From: Candidatus Latescibacterota bacterium
Lineage (GTDB): Bacteria; Latescibacterota; UBA2968; GCA-2709665
Assembly: GCA_965219455.1 (NCBI GenBank)
Contig: OZ244744.1
Coordinates: 2,464,001-2,528,000, forward strand
Direction: 5' to 3'
Length of the DNA: 64,000 bases
In this document: in pieces, positions 39,117 through 49,364 of the stretch
How positions within the stretch are numbered: position 1 is the first letter of the stretch
Layout of the letters: every line of letters begins with the position of its first letter
Notes under the pieces: model-generated
The model's input: only the letters and a program-made list of their open reading frames with translations
Databases searched by the model: none
What the model was told of the DNA's origin: nothing
Program-made: the position numbers and the translations under genes

Positions 39117-40396
39117 TTATACGCCAAGGATCCCTCTTGCGGCCTGTCGTGCGTCATCGAGTGTTTCGACAATGCGATGCTTCGGAACATGCTGCAGGAT
39201 GCCGAGTGTATTTAGCGTTCTCGCCGTCAGACCGGACAGTCCCATCACGATACATTCGGTCTGTTCGCTTTCGGCGAGATCCATGAGTTGCCCTATTACC
39301 ATGGCCGCGCTGTCATCGAGATAGGTGGCTTCGGAGAAATCGATGATGACAACCTCGTGATCCTTAATGTCCGCGCCGATCACGCCGACCAGCTTGTGGG
39401 AGGATGCGACGGTGAGGCTTCCCCTGAGCGCTACAAGTCCCACGCGAGCCGAGTACGGACTGAGTGCGGCCACATCCAGGTCCTCCTCCTCGGAAAAGAA
39501 CGTCCGGTCCAGCAGCGGCACGGAGACCACGCTGTCGAGTTCCAGGCGTTCCAGTTGCCGTGCGTGCACCATTCCCGCGGCAATCAGGCCGATCGCTACG
39601 GCGGTCACGAGATCGACAAACACCGTAAGACCCAGGGTAATCATCATCACCAGAAGGTGTTCCCGGCGCAGCCGGTGAACGCGCGTGAGAAGACGCCAGT
39701 CGACGATTTCCCAGCCGACCTTCATCAGAATACCGGCAAGCCGATCGGTATGTGGCCGATTACCGGGACGTCGCTCAGCCACAGTACGCCGAGCAACGTC
39801 CCGGCGATCAGTGCCAGGAGGGGGCCCGGCAGGTATCTGCTCCAACTGCGCGGCCAGATCGCACCGACAGCGAGAGCAACGGCAGCGATAGCCAGCGCGT
39901 TGTAATTGACATTGTCAACCGCATCGGACACCGCGCGGATCGTTCCGACGACACCGCCCGGCGCCGGGGCTGTCCCCAGGAACGGAAGAATGTGAATCAC
40001 CATGATGATGATGCCGATCCCGGACATGAATCCGGAGATGACCACATGGGGCGTATAGGCCACGAAGCGGCCGATCCTCGACATGCCCAGCAACACCTGC
40101 AGTAAACCGGCCATAACAACCACGGTGAGCGCTTCGGTCAGGTTGGTGGTGTAGCTGGAGACAATGACCACGAGGGCGACGGTCATCGGCGCAGTGGGGC
40201 CCGATATCTGGGTCCGCGTGCCGCCGAACACAGCAGCGAAAAGGCCCACCGCGATCGCGCCGTACATCCCGGCTGCCGCGCCCATGCCCGACGCGACCCC
40301 CAGGGCCAGCGCGACCGGCAGCGCCACCACGGTTGCCGTGATGCCTCCAAAGACGTCGCCACGGAGCGCGCGGTTATCATAATTCGATGGGATCAT
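39117..40396 (-). pseudogene. SulP/BicA-family anion transporter with STAS domain, internally deleted and frameshifted
   Basis: 5' part (GDVFGGITATVVALPVALA, QISGPTAPM, GFMSGIG) stops at 39725; 3' part (LAGILMKVGWEIVDW, STAS DFSEATYLDDSA) is in another frame; the central membrane segments are missing. Confidence 0.85.
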
Positions 40397-40593
40397 ATCC
40401 TTAAAAAACAAATAGATGCCTCCGATTCTCAGTGGCGTTGGGACACATAAAGGAACTGACGAGCGGTGCAGGTGAATTCCGGGACGCGAGGCCCCTCCCG
40501 GTTTTCATCCAACCGGTTCATGTCTATGCTCACCCATGGCGGGGTGCAATGACTTCGCGCCGCTTTCCTGTTGCCGCAAAACGGCAGCCGGGC

Positions 40594-40621
40594 TTGACAG
40601 AAGCCGAACATACCGTATCAT
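40594..40621 (+). promoter_or_regulatory. Candidate sigma-70 promoter of the GPP34 gene
   Basis: TTGACA-16 bp-TATCAT about 30 bp upstream of the ATG. Confidence 0.5.
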
Positions 40622-40653
40622 AATATTAGATTCCAACACGAAAGGAAAGTGCA

Positions 40654-41298
40654 ATGCTGAGATTCGCCGAAGAACTCATGCTCCTCCTTCTCGACGACGA
40701 AAACGGGAGATTCGCCCGCGTGCCGGAGCAGTCCCTGCGCTATGCGCTTGCCGGCGGGGTGCTGATGGAGAACCGTATCGACACCGATCCGAAGCAGCTT
40801 GTCCTCGTGGATTCGACACCCGTTCAGGACAACCTTCTCGATCCGACGCTTGCCGACATATCGCGGGCAACCGAAACGCACGACGCGCGTTTCTGGGTGG
40901 AACGCACCGCCATTCGCAGCGCCGCGGGCATTCGCGAAGGATCGCTCGACCGGCTGGTAGAGCGAGGCGTCCTTGAACGTCGGGACGACCGGTTCATGTG
41001 GGTTTTCCGGACGAGGCGCTATCCCGTCATCGACGACCAGGCTGAACGGGAGGTCAAGCTCAGGATTATGGAAATCCTGTTCAGCGATGAGATACCCGAC
41101 CCGCGCGACGTGGTGATCATCAGTCTGGCGCACGCCTGTAACCTGTTCAACCAGATCCTGTCTTCCCGCGAACTCGCGCGCGTTGCCCCGCGAATTAACC
41201 AGGTGCGGCGGCTCGACCTGATCGGCCAGGCTACGTTCCGGGCAATCACGGAAATCGAACTTTCGCTCGCCCTGGCCGTCCAGATGAGGCCTTACTAG
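40654..41298 (+). CDS. GPP34 (Golgi phosphoprotein 3-like) family protein
   Basis: LRFAEELMLLLLDDENG, LAGGVL, LVERGVL, RRYP, PDPRDVVIISLAHAC. Confidence 0.85.
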   Translation: MLRFAEELMLLLLDDENGRFARVPEQSLRYALAGGVLMENRIDTDPKQLVLVDSTPVQDNLLDPTLADISRATETHDARFWVERTAIRSAAGIREGSLDRLVERGVLERRDDRFMWVFRTRRYPVIDDQAEREVKLRIMEILFSDEIPDPRDVVIISLAHACNLFNQILSSRELARVAPRINQVRRLDLIGQATFRAITEIELSLALAVQMRPY

Positions 41299-41377
41299 GG
41301 TTGTCGAATCGCGCCGGCTTCACACGTTGATCCTCGGCCGGCGATTGACAAAATGCCTGTCCCTGCCAGGCGTTCAA

Positions 41378-43120
41378 CTACGACGTACCCTCGACCCGCA
41401 CCGTGATAATGTCCATATCGTGATACTTCTGGTGGCGCACCGACGAAGCGTAATGGCGCAACAGGCGAAACGAGATTTCGTGTTCGTCCATTAACTCGGG
41501 CTGTTCACTCAGATACGCCAGCCTGTCCTCGAGGTTTTCTCCCGCCGGAGCGGCCAGAAACTCCAGTTCTGTCGTCCCTTCCATAAGCCGTGCGGTGAGG
41601 ACCAGTAGCCGTCCGCCCTCCGGCGCACTCTCCTGCGCCTGTTGTATCAGAATCGCCAGGGTCTCTTCCCCCGCGGCGCACAGCCGCCCGGTTTCCGGGT
41701 CGTTCCAGCCGTTACCTGCCGCAAACTTGCGGAGGAACTCGTCGATCCCGAGCAGCGAGGCGGTAGCCAACTCGACCTCCAGACGCTTCCGCCGTCGGGC
41801 CGTCAGTACCATGAACGCGGTCAGAAGGATTGCTGCAAGACCGCCTGCGGTCATCCCGTTGCCGAGCAACATGCCCCACGTCCCGCCAAGCAAGTCGGGG
41901 AAGATCACCTGACTCTGAAAACCCACACCCAGCCAGAATGACAGCCCCACCACTGTGGCCTTCCGGTGATCGATGCCATCCTCCACAATCAGCTTCATCC
42001 CCTGCACAAACAACAGACCGATCAAGACGGTAACATAGGCCGCGCCCACAGGATTGGGAATGGCAATCACGAGGGCCGTTACCTTGGGGGACAGGGCCAG
42101 CAATACAAATAGGATCCCGATATATACCCCGACGCGGCGCGCCGCGACCCCGGTGAGTTCGGCAAGCGATATGCTGGTGGAATAGGTCGTATTGGGGGGC
42201 GTCCCGAAAAGACCGGAAAGGAGGTTGCCCATCCCGTCGGCGTTGAGGGCGCCCTGCACCAGGCGGAAGTCGGTTGCCCGCGGCCGGCGGCGCGAGACCC
42301 GTTGAATGGCAACACCATCGCCAACGGTCTCGATCGCCCCGACGATCGTAACCACCACAAATGCCGGCAGCAACGCCCAGAACTCAGCGCTGAAAGTGAG
42401 ATCCAATCCCGGCCAGCCGTAATTGGGAAGACCGATCCAGGAAGCCTCCAAAACGGGACGAATGTCGTACAGCCCGAAGGCCGCGGACACCGCGCAACCC
42501 ACCACAATCCCGATCAGCGGCGCCCACAGCCGCCAGGCTGCAGGAGCGCGTAACGCCAGCACGACAAGGGTAACAAACGTCGCGCCGGCCGCGGCCGGCG
42601 GCGCGGCCACAGGCGTTCCCTCCGGCACATCCGTCAACAATCCGAAAACAATCGGCATCACGGTAACGGCGATCAGCATAATCACCGTTCCGGAAACGAC
42701 CGGCGTGATAATCCTGCGCAGAAGTGAAAGCCGCGCGGCCAGCGCGAACTGAAACAGCGAGGAAACAACGATCAGGCTCGCCATCAGGGCCGGCCCACCC
42801 TTCACCAGGGCCGTGATGCACACCGCGATGAAGGCGCCCGAGGTGCCCATGATGAGTACGTGCCCGGCCCCTATACGTCCAACCCTGGCCGCTTGCAGAA
42901 CCGTACTCACACCACTGACCACCAGTGCCGCGAAGGCGATCCAGTTCAGATAGCTTTCCGGTTGATGGGCCGCCCGGCCAATAATCACCGCGCTGAGCAC
43001 CACCGGCGCCAGGACCACAACGGCGGCCTGAAAGCCGACCGCAGCGGCGACTGAGTGGGGGGGCCGCTCGTCCGGCTCGTACCGGATGGTTTCGTTTGTA
43101 CGGGTTTTTTCCGAAGGCAT
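41378..43120 (-). CDS. NCS2 xanthine/uracil permease fused to a degenerate HATPase (RsbW-like) domain
   Basis: MGTSGAF, ITPVVSGTVI, IETVGD, PNTTYSTS, LTGVAARRVG; ~135-aa soluble C-terminal extension. Confidence 0.85.
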   Translation of the reverse strand: MPSEKTRTNETIRYEPDERPPHSVAAAVGFQAAVVVLAPVVLSAVIIGRAAHQPESYLNWIAFAALVVSGVSTVLQAARVGRIGAGHVLIMGTSGAFIAVCITALVKGGPALMASLIVVSSLFQFALAARLSLLRRIITPVVSGTVIMLIAVTVMPIVFGLLTDVPEGTPVAAPPAAAGATFVTLVVLALRAPAAWRLWAPLIGIVVGCAVSAAFGLYDIRPVLEASWIGLPNYGWPGLDLTFSAEFWALLPAFVVVTIVGAIETVGDGVAIQRVSRRRPRATDFRLVQGALNADGMGNLLSGLFGTPPNTTYSTSISLAELTGVAARRVGVYIGILFVLLALSPKVTALVIAIPNPVGAAYVTVLIGLLFVQGMKLIVEDGIDHRKATVVGLSFWLGVGFQSQVIFPDLLGGTWGMLLGNGMTAGGLAAILLTAFMVLTARRRKRLEVELATASLLGIDEFLRKFAAGNGWNDPETGRLCAAGEETLAILIQQAQESAPEGGRLLVLTARLMEGTTELEFLAAPAGENLEDRLAYLSEQPELMDEHEISFRLLRHYASSVRHQKYHDMDIITVRVEGTS

Positions 43121-43356
43121 TTATCTCTCCCGGTCGATCCGCGTAACAACCCGACTACAGGCGCCAGACCAACAGCAATATCTGGTCCGGGTGATACGCA
43201 CGAAAGGTCGTTGGCATCGATAGCTCCCTCCGTTGACACAACGCACAACCACTTTACTGCTTGACATTTCTGAACGACACGACCCATTATACCTACCATT
43301 ACCTGTCCATTGAAATGAATTTTCCTGCGGCGCAGACTCCTAGAGAACGCAAAAAC

Positions 43357-44139
43357 ATGACAGTTATCAAACCTACCATCTTGATGTGTATAGTGTGTAT
43401 TTTGATGATTGCATGTTCAGAGCCGGAGGATTCGCAATCCCGATTGGATAAGGTTGCGTGGGGGTACAATGCCGAGAACGGACCGGACCTCTGGGGCCGG
43501 CTGAGCCGGAAATATGCGCTTTGCGCCGAAGGGTCGGGCCAATCCCCCATTGACCTCCGGAACCCGACGCCGGCAAGACTTCCTGCCATCGTCTTCAACT
43601 ACCGGCCAACCGCCCTGAATATCCGCAATAACGGCCACACCATAGAAATGGCATTCACCGGGGAGAACCGGATCGAGGTTGCGGGTAACAAATACAACCT
43701 GCTACAGTGCCATTTCCATGCGCCGTCCGAACATACGATGGACGGCAAGTCATTTGACATGGAGATGCACCTCGTTCACCGAAACGAGGAAGGCGCGTTG
43801 CGCGTAATTGGTGTGTTGATCGAGCGGGGAAGCCACCACATCGCATTCAATCTTGTATCGGAGCGTTTACCGCACGTGCCGGGCGAAATGAAACACATCG
43901 AAGGTGTCTCCGTTAACCCCGGCGATTGGCTTCCGCGGGACGGGCGCGCCTATCGATATGAGGGTTCCCTGACGACCCCACCCTGCTCTGAGGGGGTCAG
44001 GTGGTTCGTGCTGGCATCGCCCGTTGAAATCTCAGAGGCGCAGATTGCCGCATTCGAAGCAATTGTTCACAAAAATAACCGGCCGGTCCAGGCGCCGAAC
44101 GGCCGCGAGATTCTTGTTGCTAACGGAGAGGAAAAATAA
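43357..44139 (+). CDS. cah: Alpha-carbonic anhydrase, probable lipoprotein
   Basis: QSPIDL, NNGHT, QCHFHAPSEH, EMHLVH, YEGSLTTPPCSEGV, NNRPVQ; IACS lipobox. Confidence 0.95.
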   Translation: MTVIKPTILMCIVCILMIACSEPEDSQSRLDKVAWGYNAENGPDLWGRLSRKYALCAEGSGQSPIDLRNPTPARLPAIVFNYRPTALNIRNNGHTIEMAFTGENRIEVAGNKYNLLQCHFHAPSEHTMDGKSFDMEMHLVHRNEEGALRVIGVLIERGSHHIAFNLVSERLPHVPGEMKHIEGVSVNPGDWLPRDGRAYRYEGSLTTPPCSEGVRWFVLASPVEISEAQIAAFEAIVHKNNRPVQAPNGREILVANGEEK

Positions 44140-44339
44140 CGCGGGAAATTGGGAGGCTGAAGATTCACAGGGAGAAATTCTGCAGCTCTAATTTCAAGTC
44201 TTTGAGTCTCGGACCGTATAGATTCAACCTGAGTGAAATCGATCCTTCCACACGACGGCTGTGTCGTCCGCTTTGATAAGACCCTTTGCATCAACGACGT
44301 GTCGTCGTACTGCAATACGACGTCGCCCAGGGTGCGCCT

Positions 44340-45644
44340 TCAAGTCTTACCCGTCACTGGAATCCCGTACCGGTGTAACGTGCTCGCCAGCGTGGGACGC
44401 CCCAGGCGAATTCTGCCATCGTTCAGCAGATAGGAGAACAGATACCCGGCGCCAAGCATGAGGATCCCGATGAGGAAACAATACATGACCGCTCTGTCGG
44501 GGTATACATCCTTGAGATACCCGACGTACAGGGGACCGGAGATCCCGGCGGCGGCCCAGGCCGTCAGGACGGCGCCATATATTGTGGACATCTTTTGGGT
44601 GCCGAAAACGTCAAGAACGAACGGCGGCATGGTTGCAAATCCACCGCCGAAGCAGAGCAGGACGTAGCAGACCAGCGCCGAGAAAATCCATGGATTGGTC
44701 TCCGTCATCAGAATGCCGAAGACGACCATCTGGCTGGCAAGAAGAACCCTGAAAATGGTGACCCGGCCGAACCGGTCCGAAAGCAATCCCCAGAACAGAC
44801 GCCCCAATCCGTTGCAGATCGAACTCGCGGCAATGAGCGTGGCGCCGTATTCCGCGAGTGTGGTCGGCTCGATCGAGGTGTCGGCCAGGCCCCAGATCTC
44901 CTGAAGGATTTCCGATTGGAAGCTGATCACGGAGATCCCCGCGGCAATATTAAAGAAAAAGACAATCCACATGATGATGAACTGGGTGGTGCGAAGGTAC
45001 GTGCCGGCGGATTCCGGTTCCCCGTATTCCAGCGCCTCATCGGCTATGCGGCCTGCGGGGGAAGCGGACGCAGGCGGATCGCTCAGGGCAAGGCTGCACG
45101 GAATCAGAATGCAGCCGAATATGACGCCAAGCCAGATGAAGACAAGCGGCAGGGTGCCGGCCGTACTCACAATCAAGAATGGCGCCAGACCCTTGCTCAG
45201 GAGAAAGGCGCCGACGCCGAAGCCCATGACCACGATTCCGGTGGCCAGGCCCTTACGGTCGGGGAACCACTTCGCCACGGTCGCGACCGGCGTCACGTAT
45301 CCCAGCCCGATTCCCGCGCCGCCGATCACGCCGTAACCCAGATAAAACAGCGGAATGGAATCCAGGTGAAGCGCGGCGCCGGAGATGACGTACCCGCATG
45401 AAAACAGGATGCTGCCAGTCACCGCAAGAAACCTCGGTCCCAACCTGGAGAGCATGTTTCCCGCCCAGGCCGCCGATACCCCCAGTGTAAAGATAGCGAT
45501 GCTGAAAGCCCACGCCGTTTCGGTATGCGTCCAACCCCCCTGGTGCACGAGTATCGTCTGGAAAAAGCTCCAGGCGTAAACCGTGCCGAAGCATACCTGC
45601 AGAACGGTGCAGAAGACCGCAATAGCACTTCGTGGAATGTGCAA
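44340..45644 (-). CDS. OFA-family (oxalate/formate antiporter-like) MFS transporter
   Basis: GTVYAWSFF, GIGLGYVTPVATVAKWFPDRKGLATG, NGLGRLFWG, FGGGFATMP. Confidence 0.92.
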   Translation of the reverse strand: MHIPRSAIAVFCTVLQVCFGTVYAWSFFQTILVHQGGWTHTETAWAFSIAIFTLGVSAAWAGNMLSRLGPRFLAVTGSILFSCGYVISGAALHLDSIPLFYLGYGVIGGAGIGLGYVTPVATVAKWFPDRKGLATGIVVMGFGVGAFLLSKGLAPFLIVSTAGTLPLVFIWLGVIFGCILIPCSLALSDPPASASPAGRIADEALEYGEPESAGTYLRTTQFIIMWIVFFFNIAAGISVISFQSEILQEIWGLADTSIEPTTLAEYGATLIAASSICNGLGRLFWGLLSDRFGRVTIFRVLLASQMVVFGILMTETNPWIFSALVCYVLLCFGGGFATMPPFVLDVFGTQKMSTIYGAVLTAWAAAGISGPLYVGYLKDVYPDRAVMYCFLIGILMLGAGYLFSYLLNDGRIRLGRPTLASTLHRYGIPVTGKT

Positions 45645-45658
45645 CGCCGATCCTCCCT

Positions 45659-46402
45659 CTACCCGGTCTTATCCGCCACCGGGCCGGATCCCCCCGAACC
45701 GGACGATTTTTCAGAGACGTGCCTGAAGAGACGAGCCAGATCTCCTACTTCATCATCACGCTCCAGAAGTTCTTCGCTCGAGGGCTTTTCCTCGCTTCGA
45801 TCGTCAGCCAGTTGCACGGCGTAGGCAAGAAGCCCTCCGAGAGGCTTTGCCGCAAGGTTGACCAGCCAGATCGAAGCCAGGACGCCGACAACGAGAAAAA
45901 TGCTGATCAGGATGACCTGCTGTCCGATGGCGCGCTGAATCTTGAGCGCAACAATGTCCAGGTCCATACCCACGTGCACCGTGCCGGCCACCCCAGCCAG
46001 GATCGGACTGCCGACTTCCAGGAAATCGCCCAGGCCCGGGATGCTTCGTTCAACCGGTTCGGTGCTGGACGGATCGCTCGCGAGGATTTCTTCGGGGATG
46101 CCCGGCACAAAGGTATGCGCCAGGTACTCGCCCTTCTCGTTGGTAATATAGATGTAACGGATGCCCTGAATCTCGACGAACTGATCGATCAGCGACTGCA
46201 GTGTCGCAAGATTCCTGTTCAGAAGGATGTCCACGCTGGCGTTGGCGATGGTCTTCGCAATGTCTTTGCTGTTGGTCGCGTACTCCGCCGACAACTGGGT
46301 GTCTACCGTGTAGATGCACAGGATAGACGTCGACAGCACGATCATCCCGAAGAGCGCGAAGATGCCGAACCGGGTCTTCTGAAAGAGCTTTTGTATCTTC
46401 AT
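45659..46402 (-). CDS. Two-TM sensor with HAMP domain and no output domain
   Basis: TM - periplasmic domain - TM - KPLGGL...ERDDEVGDLARLF HAMP, then a short Gly/Ser tail. Confidence 0.82.
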   Translation of the reverse strand: MKIQKLFQKTRFGIFALFGMIVLSTSILCIYTVDTQLSAEYATNSKDIAKTIANASVDILLNRNLATLQSLIDQFVEIQGIRYIYITNEKGEYLAHTFVPGIPEEILASDPSSTEPVERSIPGLGDFLEVGSPILAGVAGTVHVGMDLDIVALKIQRAIGQQVILISIFLVVGVLASIWLVNLAAKPLGGLLAYAVQLADDRSEEKPSSEELLERDDEVGDLARLFRHVSEKSSGSGGSGPVADKTG

Positions 46403-46403
46403 T

Positions 46404-47771
46404 TTACGAAAGCCAGCTTTCCCAGTCGCTCAGGGTGACAAAACGGCCGTCCTGTACGACGGTATAGTAGACTGTCTGGAGTCCCTGTCGACGGTCCGGA
46501 CCGAAAGAGACCTTTTCGCCGATACCAAGGTCGAAATCCCGTACCGAGAAGACCGCTTCCTCAAGCCCGGCCCTGTTCGGATTCTCTCCCAGACGCCCGA
46601 GAATCTCGGTCATCAGTTTGGCGTCGAGAAAGCCCTCCAGGCTTACGAAGCTATGCGCGAACGGGCTGTAGGGCTCCTTGACAAGCTCCTCCGGCACTGC
46701 GGGGTTGTAGCGCGCCATCAACTCGCGATATTCCCTGACCGCCGGTATGGAAGTGTCTTCATAGCTGGGCACGACCTGAGAGTTGACAAGATACCGGGTG
46801 TATGTCTCAGGGTCGTCCCGGCCCTCGCTCAGCAGTTGGAGAAGATTCTCGCTTCCGACGAAGGAGAGATTGGCTATGGGAACCTTAAGCCCAAGGTCGA
46901 TAGCGTCGCGGGCGAAGGCGGCGCAGGCGGCGTATGATCCAATGCAGATGACGGCGTCCGGAGAAGCGCCCTGCAGGATTTCAACCTGACTCCTCATGCT
47001 TCCGGTGAACCTCTGGCCGCGGTGGTAGGTCGCCTCGCCGGCAAGTTGCTCGCCGTGCGCATCCAGTGCGGCCCTCACTCCAGCCCATCCGCTACGGCCG
47101 TAGGCGTCGGCCTGATAGAACACGGCAATCCGCTTTCTGCCTGTCCCGATGAAATTATCCACGAGGCCGGCGGTCTCCTGGCGATAGGACGCCCGAAGGT
47201 TGAATGCGAAATCCCCGTACGGCGGCTCCCTCTGCGGCTGGGCGCCGGTAAACGGGAAAAACAGATAGACCCGCTCGTCCTGGAACTTCTTCAACAGGGG
47301 AAGCGCGCGAGTCACGGTTGGCGTACCAACGTACCCGAAGAGCAGGAACACGCGATCTTCCAGCATGAGTTTCATGGTGTTCTTGACGCACGGATCCGGC
47401 TGGTAACCGTCGTCGTAAAGCCTGAAGACAACCTGACGGCCGCCAATGCCTCCATTATCATTGACGTGGCTGAAGTAGGACTTCGCTCCCCGATAGAGTT
47501 CGCTGCCCAGCCCTCGCGACGGTCCGGAAAACGCGGCCGACATGCCCAGGACGATTTCGCCGCTGGCCACGCCTTCCGAGCCTTCGCCACTGCTCGGATT
47601 GTCTGCTGAAACCCTGTCTGATCCTCCTGTTTCGGCTCCGACGTTCCTCCAACTTCCCCAGGTTATCGCCAGAAGCCCGATAAGGCCTCGGCCGAGCAGC
47701 GACCTGCGCGTCAGGACCCGTGCCGGTCCTTTCTGCAAGGGGTCTCCGTCGGCACAATTAAGAATGTTCAT
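46404..47771 (-). CDS. Type I periplasmic ligand-binding protein with Tat signal
   Basis: TRRSLL Tat motif, LGMSAAFSGP, DDGYQP, GYVGTPT, NLRASYRQE, SQVVP, SLEGF. Confidence 0.9.
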   Translation of the reverse strand: MNILNCADGDPLQKGPARVLTRRSLLGRGLIGLLAITWGSWRNVGAETGGSDRVSADNPSSGEGSEGVASGEIVLGMSAAFSGPSRGLGSELYRGAKSYFSHVNDNGGIGGRQVVFRLYDDGYQPDPCVKNTMKLMLEDRVFLLFGYVGTPTVTRALPLLKKFQDERVYLFFPFTGAQPQREPPYGDFAFNLRASYRQETAGLVDNFIGTGRKRIAVFYQADAYGRSGWAGVRAALDAHGEQLAGEATYHRGQRFTGSMRSQVEILQGASPDAVICIGSYAACAAFARDAIDLGLKVPIANLSFVGSENLLQLLSEGRDDPETYTRYLVNSQVVPSYEDTSIPAVREYRELMARYNPAVPEELVKEPYSPFAHSFVSLEGFLDAKLMTEILGRLGENPNRAGLEEAVFSVRDFDLGIGEKVSFGPDRRQGLQTVYYTVVQDGRFVTLSDWESWLS

Positions 47772-47852
47772 TCCGTTCCTCGCCAGCTGAAATACGATCT
47801 TGCTTGAATCCCCGCGGCTTCCGCGTCAATTCGAACGCGGGCCGATAGATCC

Positions 47853-48974
47853 TTAAAAATTATAGGTAAAATGGATGTCCAGCCGGTTGGCGATCCCGTC
47901 GTTCGGCCCCTTGTAGGTGGTTTTCCAATAAAGGTATTCAACCGCCACCTGGAATGGCTTCCACGGCCGGTAACGGCCCACCGCGTAGTAAGCACCGTTT
48001 CTGGTGCGCCCACCATCGGGCACTGCCTCCTTATCCGGCTGCTCCATCGTCGCCCCGGCGTACAGCTTCCATTGGGCATTGGGAATGACAACGATCTGGG
48101 CCCAACCCCCGGTGGACGCGATCTCCTCGCCAGTCGAAGTGTTGACCCCCTGGCCGATGCCGCCGCGAATATCGGTAAGATTCCTGCCTGTCCAGGCCTC
48201 GCCCTGAATAGCAAGTTGATCGGTCAGGGAGACCGATGCGTCAACGCCCACCGCGACCGAGGTAAAACGGGTCTTGTTGTCTCCGCCTACCGGGGAGCCT
48301 GTCGCCTCCGTACCCCAATGGGCCCAGGCGCCGGCCTTGAATTTTGGTTGCTCCAGCCCCAACCGCCCCTGCAGAAAGGGCCGCGCGGCATCCCAACCGT
48401 CCAGAATGCCATTCTTGTCCAGGTCTTTCTTGTCCACCGCCCCTGTCTGGCCTGCCGCCACCGCAAGGGAAACGCCGCCTTCCGGTTTGAACGTGAGCCG
48501 CACCTGGGGATGCCGGTCGCCCAGGTTGCCCGCGTGCCACATCAGGCCATCATTATTGGCGATCGGAAAGATCGGCGAAATCACGTCCCAGGCCTGGCCG
48601 GCGAGTAAGTGCCAATCCCCCCTTTGCAGATTGAAATAGGCCTGCCGGAGGCGCAGAATCTGGCGCGATTCGCTGCCGCCGTTCTGGAAATCCACCTCGA
48701 CGAGGCCACTTATGGTGGAAACTTCGTCCAATTTCACAGGCTTGAACCTGACCCCCAGGCGGGTGAGACGCGGGTACATGGTCAAATTGCCATCGTCTTC
48801 GGCGTCAGGCGGCTCCGGCTTTACCCAGAAACCGAACTGGTGACTTTGCATCCTGGAATCGTCGATAACGGCGTCGAAACGGACGAATCCGTAGATCGTG
48901 AATTCTCCGGCAAGAGCCTGATCCACAACACCCAGCAGGCAGCCCAGTACAGCTGCGGCAACTACCTTCTTCAA
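47853..48974 (-). CDS. DcaP-like outer-membrane porin
   Basis: Signal peptide, IYGFVRFD, TRLGV, EVDF, RLRQAY, AGQAW, C-terminal YNF; TTG start after AAGGAG. Confidence 0.8.
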   Translation of the reverse strand: MKKVVAAAVLGCLLGVVDQALAGEFTIYGFVRFDAVIDDSRMQSHQFGFWVKPEPPDAEDDGNLTMYPRLTRLGVRFKPVKLDEVSTISGLVEVDFQNGGSESRQILRLRQAYFNLQRGDWHLLAGQAWDVISPIFPIANNDGLMWHAGNLGDRHPQVRLTFKPEGGVSLAVAAGQTGAVDKKDLDKNGILDGWDAARPFLQGRLGLEQPKFKAGAWAHWGTEATGSPVGGDNKTRFTSVAVGVDASVSLTDQLAIQGEAWTGRNLTDIRGGIGQGVNTSTGEEIASTGGWAQIVVIPNAQWKLYAGATMEQPDKEAVPDGGRTRNGAYYAVGRYRPWKPFQVAVEYLYWKTTYKGPNDGIANRLDIHFTYNF

Positions 48975-49130
48975 GTATCGCTCCTTAACAAATAACGTTC
49001 CTGTGCTGAGACGGACCTTATGCGCTCCGAGCGTCGAATTCCTCCTGGCGAGAAGGGAGAGGAATGGTCGGACGCCAGCAACGAAATGCCGGCATTACCT
49101 GAAATTCCTTTCGACTCCTGCCCAAAGGGT

Positions 49131-49364
49131 CTATTCTTCTGTGGCCTCTTCCGCCCCGTCGTCGTCTTGAACGGGGGTTCGTTCAACGTATGATCGGCCC
49201 TTTTTGACGGCCTTATCGACACTGCGGCGAACGGATTCGCGGGATTCGACGCCGCTCCGGGGCGCCAGCAAAACGCCGGCTGTCAGTCCAAGGACGATGC
49301 CTGCCAACACGCCGGCGCCGAATACACTAAGACAAAGTCCTGCAGTATCTGCATTGCGATCCAT
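49131..49364 (-). CDS. YtxH-domain small membrane protein
   Basis: GVLAGIVLGLTAGVLLAPRSGVESR; GAGGAGG RBS. Confidence 0.85.
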   Translation of the reverse strand: MDRNADTAGLCLSVFGAGVLAGIVLGLTAGVLLAPRSGVESRESVRRSVDKAVKKGRSYVERTPVQDDDGAEEATEE

